Made by a program: the position numbers and the translations under genes | DNA from: Gammaproteobacteria bacterium | GTDB lineage: Bacteria > Pseudomonadota > Gammaproteobacteria > Pseudomonadales > Pseudohongiellaceae | Length of the DNA stretch: 64,000 bases | Direction: 5' to 3' | NCBI GenBank assembly: GCA_029242705.1 | Contig: JAQWTK010000096.1 | Span: 42,148 to 106,147 of the forward strand | Shown: piece by piece, positions 30,424 through 38,474 of the stretch | Numbering within the stretch: position 1 is the first letter of the stretch | How the letters are laid out: each line of letters starts with the position of its first letter | Notes under the pieces: model-generated | The model's input: only the letters and a program-made list of their open reading frames with translations | Databases searched by the model: none | What the model was told of the DNA's origin: nothing

Positions 30424-32094
30424 ATGCGCAAACTAATATCACTATTAAGCGCGACAGTTTTATTAATCATTGTAGTATCAAAAACTTATGCGCAAGGCGA
30501 TGATGAGGCTTTGGCAATTATGGTGCCTGGCGGTGGCACATATAGCCGACCGATTTCAACCGATTCGGAAGACGCACAAGCGTTTTTTGATCAGGGCATC
30601 CGCATGGCTTGGGGATTCTACTTCCCTGAGTCTATTGCGTCTTACCAAGAAGCCGCGCGTCTAGACCCTAATAGTCCTATGCCGCATTGGGGGATAGCCC
30701 ACGCAGCCGGGCCGAATCCAAACAGTCGCTATCAAGGTTTGCCAGACGACCCTCAAGGAGCCGGACTAGCGGCGATTCGTCGTGCGATGGAGTTGGGAGA
30801 CAATGGAACAGAGTTGGAGCGGGATCTTATCAATGCGACCTTTGTACTTTATAACAAGGATGCAATATCGGATGACAGGGAGAGAGATTTTGCATTCCTT
30901 GCAGCTATGCGCGATTTACATGCAAAGTATCCAGATGATGCAGACATTGCCACTGTTTTTGGCGAAGCGTATATGAATACGACTCGCTGGGATTACTGGG
31001 AGTCTGACGGTTCGGCTAAAACAGGAACCGCGGAAGGGAAGGCGGCTTTGGAGGCTGCCATGGCGATAGAGCATGACCACCCGGGAGCTAATCATTTGTA
31101 CATTCATTTGATGGAGGGTTCTAATCAGCCTGAACTGGCCATGCCAGCGGCTCAAAAATTAGAAGGTTCTTTGCCCATTTCCGGTCACATGGTGCATATG
31201 CCCGGTCATATTTATTTGAGGGTTGGTGAATATGAGAAGGCCATTTTATCAAATGAACGGTCGCAGATTGTGGACGACCAGTTTGCGGAAATCTGGGGAG
31301 ACACTAATTTCCCACTAATCGGAACTTATCCTCTGTCACACAAAATCCATAAGCCTCACGCGCTAGATTTTGTTCGCTATGCAAATATGCTCCAGGGTAA
31401 CTATGATGAGGCAAGTAAAGCAGCTTATCGTAACTCTGGACAAGGAATGGGTGCTCTAAGGGGTAGTAATAAGAATACAGCGCATGCGTGGATGATGGAT
31501 AAGGTCTTTGGAAAATGGGATAAAATTCATGCGGCCAATGCGGAGAATAAAGAACTCGCCAACAGCCCTTACCTGAAAGGTATGTGGGCTTATGTTATGG
31601 GCAGTGCTCATGCTGCTATGGGCCATATAGGTCCAGCGGAGGCGGAGCTGGCTATTATCAGAGAACAAATATCAGCAGATGGTGTGAACGATTCTGGAGT
31701 AGGCCCAACGCCAGCAGATCATGTTCTTAGTTTAGCCATGCATGCCCTTCTTGGCGAGATTGAAGAAGCAAAAGGTAACCTTGATGGTGCAATTTTGCAT
31801 TATGGCCATGCTGTAGAATTCCAAGATAATCTTAATTACACTGAGCCGCCTGATTGGTCGCAGTCAGTTAGATTATATCTAGGTTCCGCACTGTTAGAGG
31901 CTGATCGAGCTGAAGAAGCGGAAGAAGTATATCGTAAAGATTTAGAATGGAATCAACGGAATGGCTGGACAACTTTTGGCCTCTCTCAAGCTCTTGAGGC
32001 ACAAGGAAAACAGCAGGAAGCGATTATCGTAAATCGACAATTCGATGAACTATGGCGTAACGCTGATGTTGAGTTGGAACGTTCTAGACTTTAA
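30424..32094 (+). CDS. Exported TPR-repeat protein of unknown function
   Basis: Sec signal peptide (..VVSKTYAQ) and helical repeat character throughout. No catalytic motif that I can name. Confidence 0.5.
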   Translation: MRKLISLLSATVLLIIVVSKTYAQGDDEALAIMVPGGGTYSRPISTDSEDAQAFFDQGIRMAWGFYFPESIASYQEAARLDPNSPMPHWGIAHAAGPNPNSRYQGLPDDPQGAGLAAIRRAMELGDNGTELERDLINATFVLYNKDAISDDRERDFAFLAAMRDLHAKYPDDADIATVFGEAYMNTTRWDYWESDGSAKTGTAEGKAALEAAMAIEHDHPGANHLYIHLMEGSNQPELAMPAAQKLEGSLPISGHMVHMPGHIYLRVGEYEKAILSNERSQIVDDQFAEIWGDTNFPLIGTYPLSHKIHKPHALDFVRYANMLQGNYDEASKAAYRNSGQGMGALRGSNKNTAHAWMMDKVFGKWDKIHAANAENKELANSPYLKGMWAYVMGSAHAAMGHIGPAEAELAIIREQISADGVNDSGVGPTPADHVLSLAMHALLGEIEEAKGNLDGAILHYGHAVEFQDNLNYTEPPDWSQSVRLYLGSALLEADRAEEAEEVYRKDLEWNQRNGWTTFGLSQALEAQGKQQEAIIVNRQFDELWRNADVELERSRL

Positions 32095-32123
32095 GTCCTG
32101 CATTATAGGTAATTCTTAAAATA

Positions 32124-32155
32124 GAAATGCAGAGCCTAGCTCTGCATTTCTTTCT
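32124..32155 (+). terminator. Rho-independent terminator after the TPR gene
   Basis: Perfect 12-bp stem GAAATGCAGAGC / GCTCTGCATTTC with a 3-nt loop, followed by TTTCT. Confidence 0.7.
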
Positions 32156-32201
32156 GCGATATTTAAATGCGTAATCGAGATAAAAGGTAGAAGGAGTTCA
32201 T

Positions 32202-33272
32202 ATGAGATTCTCTACAAAATTATTTGTGAGCCTGAGTTTATTTGTGACAGGGACATTAGTCTTTGCACAAAATAATATTGGGCCAGTTAATGATTTACCA
32301 AACCCTTATCAAATCGTTACCGGATTTTTTAACATTCCAGCAGGTCGAGAATGGGGCGCGTCGAGCTCGATTGATGTTGATCCCGATGGTAAGTCGATTT
32401 GGATAGCCGAGCGTTGTGGTTCTGATTCCATAAGGGCGCAATACCCAATTAGGGGATGTGCGGAGTCTGATTTACCGGTTGTACTAAAATTCAATTCGGA
32501 TGGTGAGCTTGTCAGGAGCTTTGGTGGTGGGATCTTTGCGGTGCCCCATGGTTTTCACGTTGATCATGCTGGTAATATCTGGGTAACTGATGCTCCATTT
32601 ACTCTGCCGCCCGGTGTCGAGGGGAAGGGCCACATTGTGGTGAAATTTTCACCTGAAGGGGACCGCTTGCTAACACTAGGCGAGCCCGGTGTTACGGGTA
32701 GTGATGAAAATCATTTCAATATGCCTTCTGATGTTCATGTGTCACCAAATGGTGATATTTTCGTTGCTGATGGTCATGGCGGGGATAGCAATGGACGTAT
32801 TGTTAAATTTGATGCTCAAGGAAATTACTTGATGGAATGGGGCGAGCCTGGTACAGGCCCAGGTGAATTCGATGCGCCGCATGGGCTGGCTATGGACTCT
32901 CAAGGAAGGTTATTTGTTTCAGACCGTGGCAATAACCGTATACAAATATTTAATCAAAACGGAAGCTTGCTAGATACCTGGCAACAGTTTAGTCGGAATA
33001 GTGGTATTTATATTGATCGAAATGACATTCTTTATGCCGTAGATTCGGAATCAAACATCAGTCGTGGGCGCGGGGAATGGAGAAGAGGCATTCGAGTAGG
33101 TAGTGCGAGAACAGGAGAAGTACATTACTTCATTCCTGATCCGTTTGACGCTAACAATGGCCCCTATGCAGCCAGTTCAGGCGGCGAAGGTATAGTTGCG
33201 GACCATGATGGGATCATATATAGCGCAGAGGTTGGGCCGAGATCAATAAAGCGTTACTTTCGCTTTGAATAG
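32202..33272 (+). CDS. Exported NHL-repeat six-bladed propeller, peptidyl-alpha-hydroxyglycine lyase (PAL)-like
   Basis: Signal peptide and repeated NHL blades (PHGFHVDHAGNIWVTD; PSDVHVSPNGDIFVADGHG; PHGLAMDSQGRLFVSDRGNNRIQIF). Confidence 0.7.
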   Translation: MRFSTKLFVSLSLFVTGTLVFAQNNIGPVNDLPNPYQIVTGFFNIPAGREWGASSSIDVDPDGKSIWIAERCGSDSIRAQYPIRGCAESDLPVVLKFNSDGELVRSFGGGIFAVPHGFHVDHAGNIWVTDAPFTLPPGVEGKGHIVVKFSPEGDRLLTLGEPGVTGSDENHFNMPSDVHVSPNGDIFVADGHGGDSNGRIVKFDAQGNYLMEWGEPGTGPGEFDAPHGLAMDSQGRLFVSDRGNNRIQIFNQNGSLLDTWQQFSRNSGIYIDRNDILYAVDSESNISRGRGEWRRGIRVGSARTGEVHYFIPDPFDANNGPYAASSGGEGIVADHDGIIYSAEVGPRSIKRYFRFE

Positions 33273-33305
33273 TTAACAATATACAAATCTGAGAAATTAA
33301 TAGTG

Positions 33306-33328
33306 CATCTATGTTTTACGCATAGATG
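33306..33328 (+). terminator. Possible terminator hairpin after the NHL gene
   Basis: CATCTATG-TTTTACG-CATAGATG (8-bp stem) followed by the T-rich TCTTTGTCTTTTT. It overlaps the track start at 33326 of the next ORF. Confidence 0.4.
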
Positions 33329-33358
33329 TCTTTGTCTTTTTATAGCTTAAATACTGAC

Positions 33359-33916
33359 ATGACCAAAATTTTTACATTTAAGCACCGGGTTGCCCAGCAA
33401 TCTGATGTCGGCGCGATAATGGAATTAATGAACCTCTCTATCGACATAAATATGAGAGCTTTTCTTAGTAGTGAACAAATAGAAGCTAATAAAGAGTCTA
33501 TGGGTGTGGATCAGACCCTTATCGATGATGGTACATACTTTGTAGTGGAAACCTTTAAAAGTGGCCAAACTATAATGGTTGGGTGCGGAGGTTGGGGTAA
33601 GCGCCGAACTCTTTATGGCGGAAACCACACTGCGGGGCGCGACGATAATTTTGCTAACCCAGAAATAGAGGCTGCCCGAATTCGGGCTATGTATACCCAC
33701 CCTGATTGGACTAGACAGGGTATTGGTTCATTGCTTTTGGATCTTGGTGAAGGAGCGGCAAGGAAAGCGGGTTTTAAAACGATCGAACTTGGATCAACTT
33801 TACCTGGCGAACCTCTTTATCTTGCCAAAGGTTATAAAGAAGTACGCAGAGAAGAAAGGTTGGCAGAAAATGGACATACAAATACAATTATAAAAATGAG
33901 CAAAAGTCTTGAGTAA
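33359..33916 (+). CDS. GNAT-family N-acetyltransferase
   Basis: Acetyl-CoA-binding segment RQGIGSLLLDLGEGAARKAGF. I prefer the start at MTKIF (33359) because the hairpin covers 33326. Confidence 0.7.
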   Translation: MTKIFTFKHRVAQQSDVGAIMELMNLSIDINMRAFLSSEQIEANKESMGVDQTLIDDGTYFVVETFKSGQTIMVGCGGWGKRRTLYGGNHTAGRDDNFANPEIEAARIRAMYTHPDWTRQGIGSLLLDLGEGAARKAGFKTIELGSTLPGEPLYLAKGYKEVRREERLAENGHTNTIIKMSKSLE

Positions 33917-34115
33917 ATTATTAGAGAATTTCGTGTAAGGTGCGTGAATTTATTTTCTTAATAAAATCTCAATAGGCACACAGTCTGGCCATACAATTTA
34001 TTTGTAATGATCAAGTTATTGTGTGGTTTGTTTGCGATGTATTTATTTTATATATTAAAGGCGTCAGATTTCTCTTATGTAATCATTACAGGCATTACAG
34101 CCCTATCAGGAAATA

Positions 34116-34961
34116 GTGAACGATACTTCTACTTTTATATCTGATCTTTCGGAATTCATAAAAACTAATCCAGAGCTTTTTGTTATTACAGGCGCTGGAG
34201 TAAGTCATGGCTCGGGTATTCCAACCTATAGAGATGACATTGGCAATTGGAAAGGCAATAGCCCAATTCAACATGCCGATTTTGTAAAAAAAGAATCAAG
34301 TCGCAAACGTTACTGGGCGCGAAGCTTTAGTGGCTGGCCTAATATTTCGTCAGCGAAACCGAATAGTGCTCATCTCGCTCTGGCAGATATAGAGTCTATG
34401 GGGTATTTGAAAGTCCTAGTTACTCAAAATGTTGATAGGCTGCATCAAAAAGCCGGGCATCAAGATGTTATTGATCTTCATGGTCGTTTAGATCAAGTAA
34501 TATGCATGGACTGTGGTAATTTAATTTGTCGCGAAGAATTACAAGAATGGCTATGTAAAAAGAATCCACACATGTTAGAAAAAGAAGATACGCGAATAGC
34601 TTTTGGGCCGGATGGAGATGCCGAAGTTCGAGAGGAAATGATTCAAAGTATGAAGGTCCCTAGTTGTTCATCTTGTTTTGGCTTGTTGAAACCCAATGTC
34701 GTTTTTTATGGTAGTACCGTAAAAAAAGAAATTGTATATCACCTTAGCGATCTCTTATTGCAGGCTAAAGCTTTATTGGTGATCGGTACTTCGTTGATGG
34801 TTTATTCTAGTTTTCGATTTTGTAAGCAAGCTAATGAAAATTGCATCCCTATTGCCTGTATTAACCAGGGGGCCACAAGAGCTGATAAGCTATTTTCGTT
34901 GAAAGTTGACGGAGACTGTTCGGAAGTACTAATTAAATTGAGAAATTCACTTATTAGTTAA
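34116..34961 (+). CDS. Sir2-family NAD-dependent protein deacylase (SIRT4-like class)
   Basis: GAGVSHGSGIPTYR, RKRYWARSFSGW, QNVDRLH and a Zn ribbon CMDCG...CSSC. GTG start preceded by AGGAAA. Confidence 0.85.
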   Translation: MNDTSTFISDLSEFIKTNPELFVITGAGVSHGSGIPTYRDDIGNWKGNSPIQHADFVKKESSRKRYWARSFSGWPNISSAKPNSAHLALADIESMGYLKVLVTQNVDRLHQKAGHQDVIDLHGRLDQVICMDCGNLICREELQEWLCKKNPHMLEKEDTRIAFGPDGDAEVREEMIQSMKVPSCSSCFGLLKPNVVFYGSTVKKEIVYHLSDLLLQAKALLVIGTSLMVYSSFRFCKQANENCIPIACINQGATRADKLFSLKVDGDCSEVLIKLRNSLIS

Positions 34962-35009
34962 ATACACAGTAATGCAATTATAACGGAAAATATTTCTATT
35001 AAAATTAAA

Positions 35010-35052
35010 GGTATTAGTGGCCTGATACTTACGTCACTAATACCTTTATTTT
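35010..35052. terminator. Bidirectional terminator between convergent genes
   Basis: Perfect 10-bp stem GGTATTAGTG / CACTAATACC (35010..35019 and 35035..35044). Flanked by A-rich sequence 5' and TTTATTTT 3'. Confidence 0.6.
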
Positions 35053-35095
35053 ACATATTTTGCTCAACCTCTAACCAAACTTAATTTTTTTAAAA

Positions 35096-36265
35096 TTAGG
35101 AAATTGTAATTGTCCGAGTAAATTGCGCATAGTTCTCCCAGCGACTAGCTTTTTCCGGCATTTCTTCCTCCGTTAGTTGCACATGCCCATTTATGTCAGT
35201 AGCGCGAGAGACAAGTGTGTGATCTCCGGGGGATGGATCCCAGTCCATAGTAAAAAGCTTCCATGAATAACGGGTTGATCTTGGATCTATAGTTGCTTCA
35301 CGCCAAGGTTCTCCATCGATCTTTATTTCGACATTACGAAGAGGCGTACCATCAGTTAACACAAACCCCGTTATTTTGTGCTGTGTGCCGAGACGCGTGA
35401 CACGAACAATGGCTGATTTTAATTGAATTTTGGTAACGGAATTTTCTACCCACCTCTCTTCTCCGCCAATCATTTCTTTCTTTAAGGTTACATAATCGCG
35501 GCCCATAAAACGGCCCATGTAACGTCTGTCTTGGATATGAATTTGCGTCAACCACTTAACATTTGCCACACCGTAATAACCCGGTACAACTAAACGTAGT
35601 GGGCGGCCATGCCCTTGTGGCAAATCTTCACCATTCATTTCGAGGGCTAGTATATTCTCTTCTCGCATCGCTTCCGCGACTGGTAGACTTCGAGCAAAAG
35701 ATTGCTCGACTTCGGTATCTCTGTTGGGAATTTCCTCAGTCCCGCTATCCGCGCCAAAAAATACTACTTCCGCACCGTCAGAATTGACTCCGCTTGCATT
35801 AAGAATGTCTCTCAGTCGAACTCCTTTCCAATTCGCATTGCCAACTAGACCTTGAAATCTACCGGTATTGTTTCCACCACATTCGAAACCAGCATCAATA
35901 TCGAACTGACTCATGTTTTGTAAATCTTCTAATGTGTATTCAAGCTCTTGATCTACTAACCCGGTTACCTTAAGCCTATAGTTATCTATATCCATCTCCG
36001 GCTGGCCATAATGTTGGACAACGTAGAAGTCCATATTGTCCGTATAGAAATCAGAAATCATTCTAGTATCTAACCAATGCGGTGCTCCTGGTCGAGCGGG
36101 GCCTCTGCTATAGTCTTCTGGCATATCACTAAATGATACTAGTTCTTCTCCTTGCGCTAAGGCAGGAAGTATCCAATGGGGCACGCTAGCCACTGCACTC
36201 GCCGAGACGCCTGCGCCGATTGTCTTCTTAATTGCCTCTCGTCTATTAATTTTTTCATCGTTCAT
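35096..36265 (-). CDS. Tat-exported sulfite-oxidase-fold (SorA-like) molybdopterin oxidoreductase
   Basis: Twin-arginine signal (NRREAIKK..ALAQ), Mo-ligand Cys context FECGGNN, PLRLVVPGYYGVANVKWL as in SorA, and a C-terminal Ig-like dimerisation domain. Confidence 0.8.
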   Translation of the reverse strand: MNDEKINRREAIKKTIGAGVSASAVASVPHWILPALAQGEELVSFSDMPEDYSRGPARPGAPHWLDTRMISDFYTDNMDFYVVQHYGQPEMDIDNYRLKVTGLVDQELEYTLEDLQNMSQFDIDAGFECGGNNTGRFQGLVGNANWKGVRLRDILNASGVNSDGAEVVFFGADSGTEEIPNRDTEVEQSFARSLPVAEAMREENILALEMNGEDLPQGHGRPLRLVVPGYYGVANVKWLTQIHIQDRRYMGRFMGRDYVTLKKEMIGGEERWVENSVTKIQLKSAIVRVTRLGTQHKITGFVLTDGTPLRNVEIKIDGEPWREATIDPRSTRYSWKLFTMDWDPSPGDHTLVSRATDINGHVQLTEEEMPEKASRWENYAQFTRTITIS

Positions 36266-36292
36266 GGTCAGTTCCTCTAGTCTTTTTGTTCT

Positions 36293-36724
36293 TCAGTCTT
36301 TTGTATTTGAGAAATCGTAAGCTTTCCAATGGTCGGCCCGATATTGATTGGGGTCAGCTAAAACTTTAGATCGAGCCTTTGTAACTTCCTCAACTGTCAG
36401 TTTTTTGAAATCACTTGGAAGAGTTTTAGCATTGAACTCATCTAACATCCAATTCAATACATTAGTTAATTGCGCATTTGAAATCGGAGCATGCGCAGAA
36501 CCAGGCACTCTCGCTAAATAGCCTCGCATAGCTTCTACACTCATCATATAACCAAGTTCGTCGCGTAAGGTGGGGACATTGGGCGGGTTACCTTCGCCAA
36601 GTGGGCGATGGCATCCACTGCAATATAATAAATAATTTGTTCGCGGGCTAGCTGCAAAAACACTCGAGGTCAGGAGTGTGAAGACGACTGCTAAAAATGT
36701 AAGCCAAATCATCTTATCTTTCAT
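36293..36724 (-). CDS. Exported monohaem c-type cytochrome
   Basis: Signal peptide and a single CSGCH haem-binding motif. 143 aa. Lies between mauA and the molybdoenzyme on the same strand. Confidence 0.75.
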   Translation of the reverse strand: MKDKMIWLTFLAVVFTLLTSSVFAASPRTNYLLYCSGCHRPLGEGNPPNVPTLRDELGYMMSVEAMRGYLARVPGSAHAPISNAQLTNVLNWMLDEFNAKTLPSDFKKLTVEEVTKARSKVLADPNQYRADHWKAYDFSNTKD

Positions 36725-36728
36725 TGTT

Positions 36729-37265
36729 CTATTCGTCAGACGCGCCTATTACTAGAGAGACCGTACAGTGATAGCTAGTATTTTCTGTGCCAAAGCACCA
36801 GAGGACAGTACTGCTATTACTATTGAAATATACTGGTTTATCACCTTCAGTGTTGTGACAACTACAGCGAGCGCATACGGCTTTTCCACAACAATCGTTG
36901 TATGACATCAGGTAGTCCCGTCCGTCAACTGGATTAGTACAGGTTCCAACCCAAGTTATAGGCGAGGCCTCTGATCCAGGAGGGCAAGAAGTATAGGTCC
37001 CCCCGCAGCATGTGCAGAGTGTTCCGCTCATAGCGCAATAGCGCCAGTAATCGCAGCTTTGTGGATCGCCGATTTCTTCTATAGATTCTTGTGCAAACGA
37101 ACGAGACACTGGTAGTAATGGGAAGGAGGCTGCACCAGCGACGAACATACCCAGTCTGGAAAGGAAGTGCCTTCTTGACAACTTACGAGCCATAGTCAGG
37201 GTAGTGCGTCGAGCGTGATCATCTATCCAGTAGTATGCTTTATCGATTATTTTGTCTATTTTCAT
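36729..37265 (-). CDS. mauA: TTQ amine dehydrogenase small (light) subunit
   Basis: Tat-type leader (SRRHFLS), then QSCDYWRYC..CPPGS..ITWVGTC..YNDCCG..NTEG..PVY..VLWCFG..YHCT. This is collinear with Paracoccus MauA, including both TTQ Trp positions. Confidence 0.88.
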   Translation of the reverse strand: MKIDKIIDKAYYWIDDHARRTTLTMARKLSRRHFLSRLGMFVAGAASFPLLPVSRSFAQESIEEIGDPQSCDYWRYCAMSGTLCTCCGGTYTSCPPGSEASPITWVGTCTNPVDGRDYLMSYNDCCGKAVCARCSCHNTEGDKPVYFNSNSSTVLWCFGTENTSYHCTVSLVIGASDE

Positions 37266-37936
37266 GACGTCTGTTCCACTGCTGATGTTTCGTATTTTGA
37301 GTCGACAGAGTCCAGTTGAGTACTAACATATTCTTGTACAGTAGCTACACCAGTATCCATGGACTCGATTAAACTTTCTAGATGCTCTCTTGTATTGACG
37401 AGGCCTTTGCTTTTTAAGGTCCCGTCAGGTCCGATTAGTACGGCAAACGGAAGTTTACTCACTTGATAATACATACCCACGGATTGAGATACAAAATAAG
37501 GATAGGTCTCTATCTTTAAATCTTTAATATAAGTTTTGTGTTGTTCGATATCTTCGCCATCACTACCGAATGCCAAGCTCAATCGGTTATTCTCAGATTT
37601 TGCTAAGGATTTTGCAGTTGGCACTAGGGTCTTGCATACTGGGCAAGTTGGCGAAATAAATAATATCAGAGACGCAAGATTTTCTTTATTGGCGCCACCA
37701 ATCGTAATAGTTTCGCCTTGCAATGAATTCGTTTGGATATCTTTTGTAATTTCGCCCACCTTTGGTCCCGTCGTTGGTTGTAAGGCTCCGGCTGGAGCGA
37801 CACGCTCATGAAGAATACCAACTTGCCGAGTTAGCGCGAATACGAGTACCGATAAAAAGACGACCATAATCCAAAGAATTATGGTCGAGACAAATAAGGC
37901 TTCAACCACTAACTTTTCTCCAGGAGTCAATAGCAT
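37262..37936 (-). CDS. mauD: MauD-like thioredoxin-fold accessory protein
   Basis: N-terminal TM anchor and the thioredoxin-like motif SPTCPVCK. Sits between mauE and mauA. ATGA overlap with mauA. Confidence 0.75.
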   Translation of the reverse strand: MLLTPGEKLVVEALFVSTIILWIMVVFLSVLVFALTRQVGILHERVAPAGALQPTTGPKVGEITKDIQTNSLQGETITIGGANKENLASLILFISPTCPVCKTLVPTAKSLAKSENNRLSLAFGSDGEDIEQHKTYIKDLKIETYPYFVSQSVGMYYQVSKLPFAVLIGPDGTLKSKGLVNTREHLESLIESMDTGVATVQEYVSTQLDSVDSKYETSAVEQTS

Positions 37937-38462
37937 TTCGATTGCTGAGCAATTGGTTGGTAGCTAGGTAAATAAACAAGATGCTTATCAAGCCTATAAA
38001 AATACTGAAATAATCCAACAAGCCCAGATCTCTCGTTGTAGAAGGAAATACCGCCATAAGCGCCACAATAATTAAAGTGAAATTTCTCAGAACTAAGCCG
38101 GTAGAAAGGCGCTGATTACCGTTATCTTTATTTCCCGCGAACGCAGCATAACTGCAGCCACAATCTATATAACTTCTTCCTTTGTAAAGATTAATTGAGA
38201 TCGCTATAACATAAATTGAGAGCACCAAAGCACTCAATAAAGGAACCAAGGCTAGGTTGTTAAACAACCAGCCAATCCCGAGGAACAATTCAGTTAAACC
38301 GATTCCGATAGCAAAAAAACCTACTCCTCTCGAGGGAAGCACCTTATATTCACTAACAATTTGTTGAAATTGTAAGCGGTTAGACAATTTATGAGCACCC
38401 CCAATCAAAAATAGGAGGCTGAAGGCTATCGATACTAGGGTTTGAATGGCAGGGTCTATCAT
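37902..38462 (-). CDS. mauE: MauE-like membrane accessory protein
   Basis: Hydrophobic protein with four or more TM segments, 186 aa. Sits between mauB and mauD, and its 3' end overlaps mauD. Confidence 0.7.
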   Translation of the reverse strand: MIDPAIQTLVSIAFSLLFLIGGAHKLSNRLQFQQIVSEYKVLPSRGVGFFAIGIGLTELFLGIGWLFNNLALVPLLSALVLSIYVIAISINLYKGRSYIDCGCSYAAFAGNKDNGNQRLSTGLVLRNFTLIIVALMAVFPSTTRDLGLLDYFSIFIGLISILFIYLATNQLLSNRNAIDSWRKVSG

Positions 38463-38474
38463 TGGTCATTTATC

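Noticed and set aside
35096-36724. Straight annotation as the canonical SorAB sulfite:cytochrome c oxidoreductase
   Set aside because: The fold and cytochrome partner fit, but the gene order is cytochrome first. The pair is co-operonic with mauBEDA, and the FFVR(Y/N)H arginine appears to be replaced. I keep only the family-level call.
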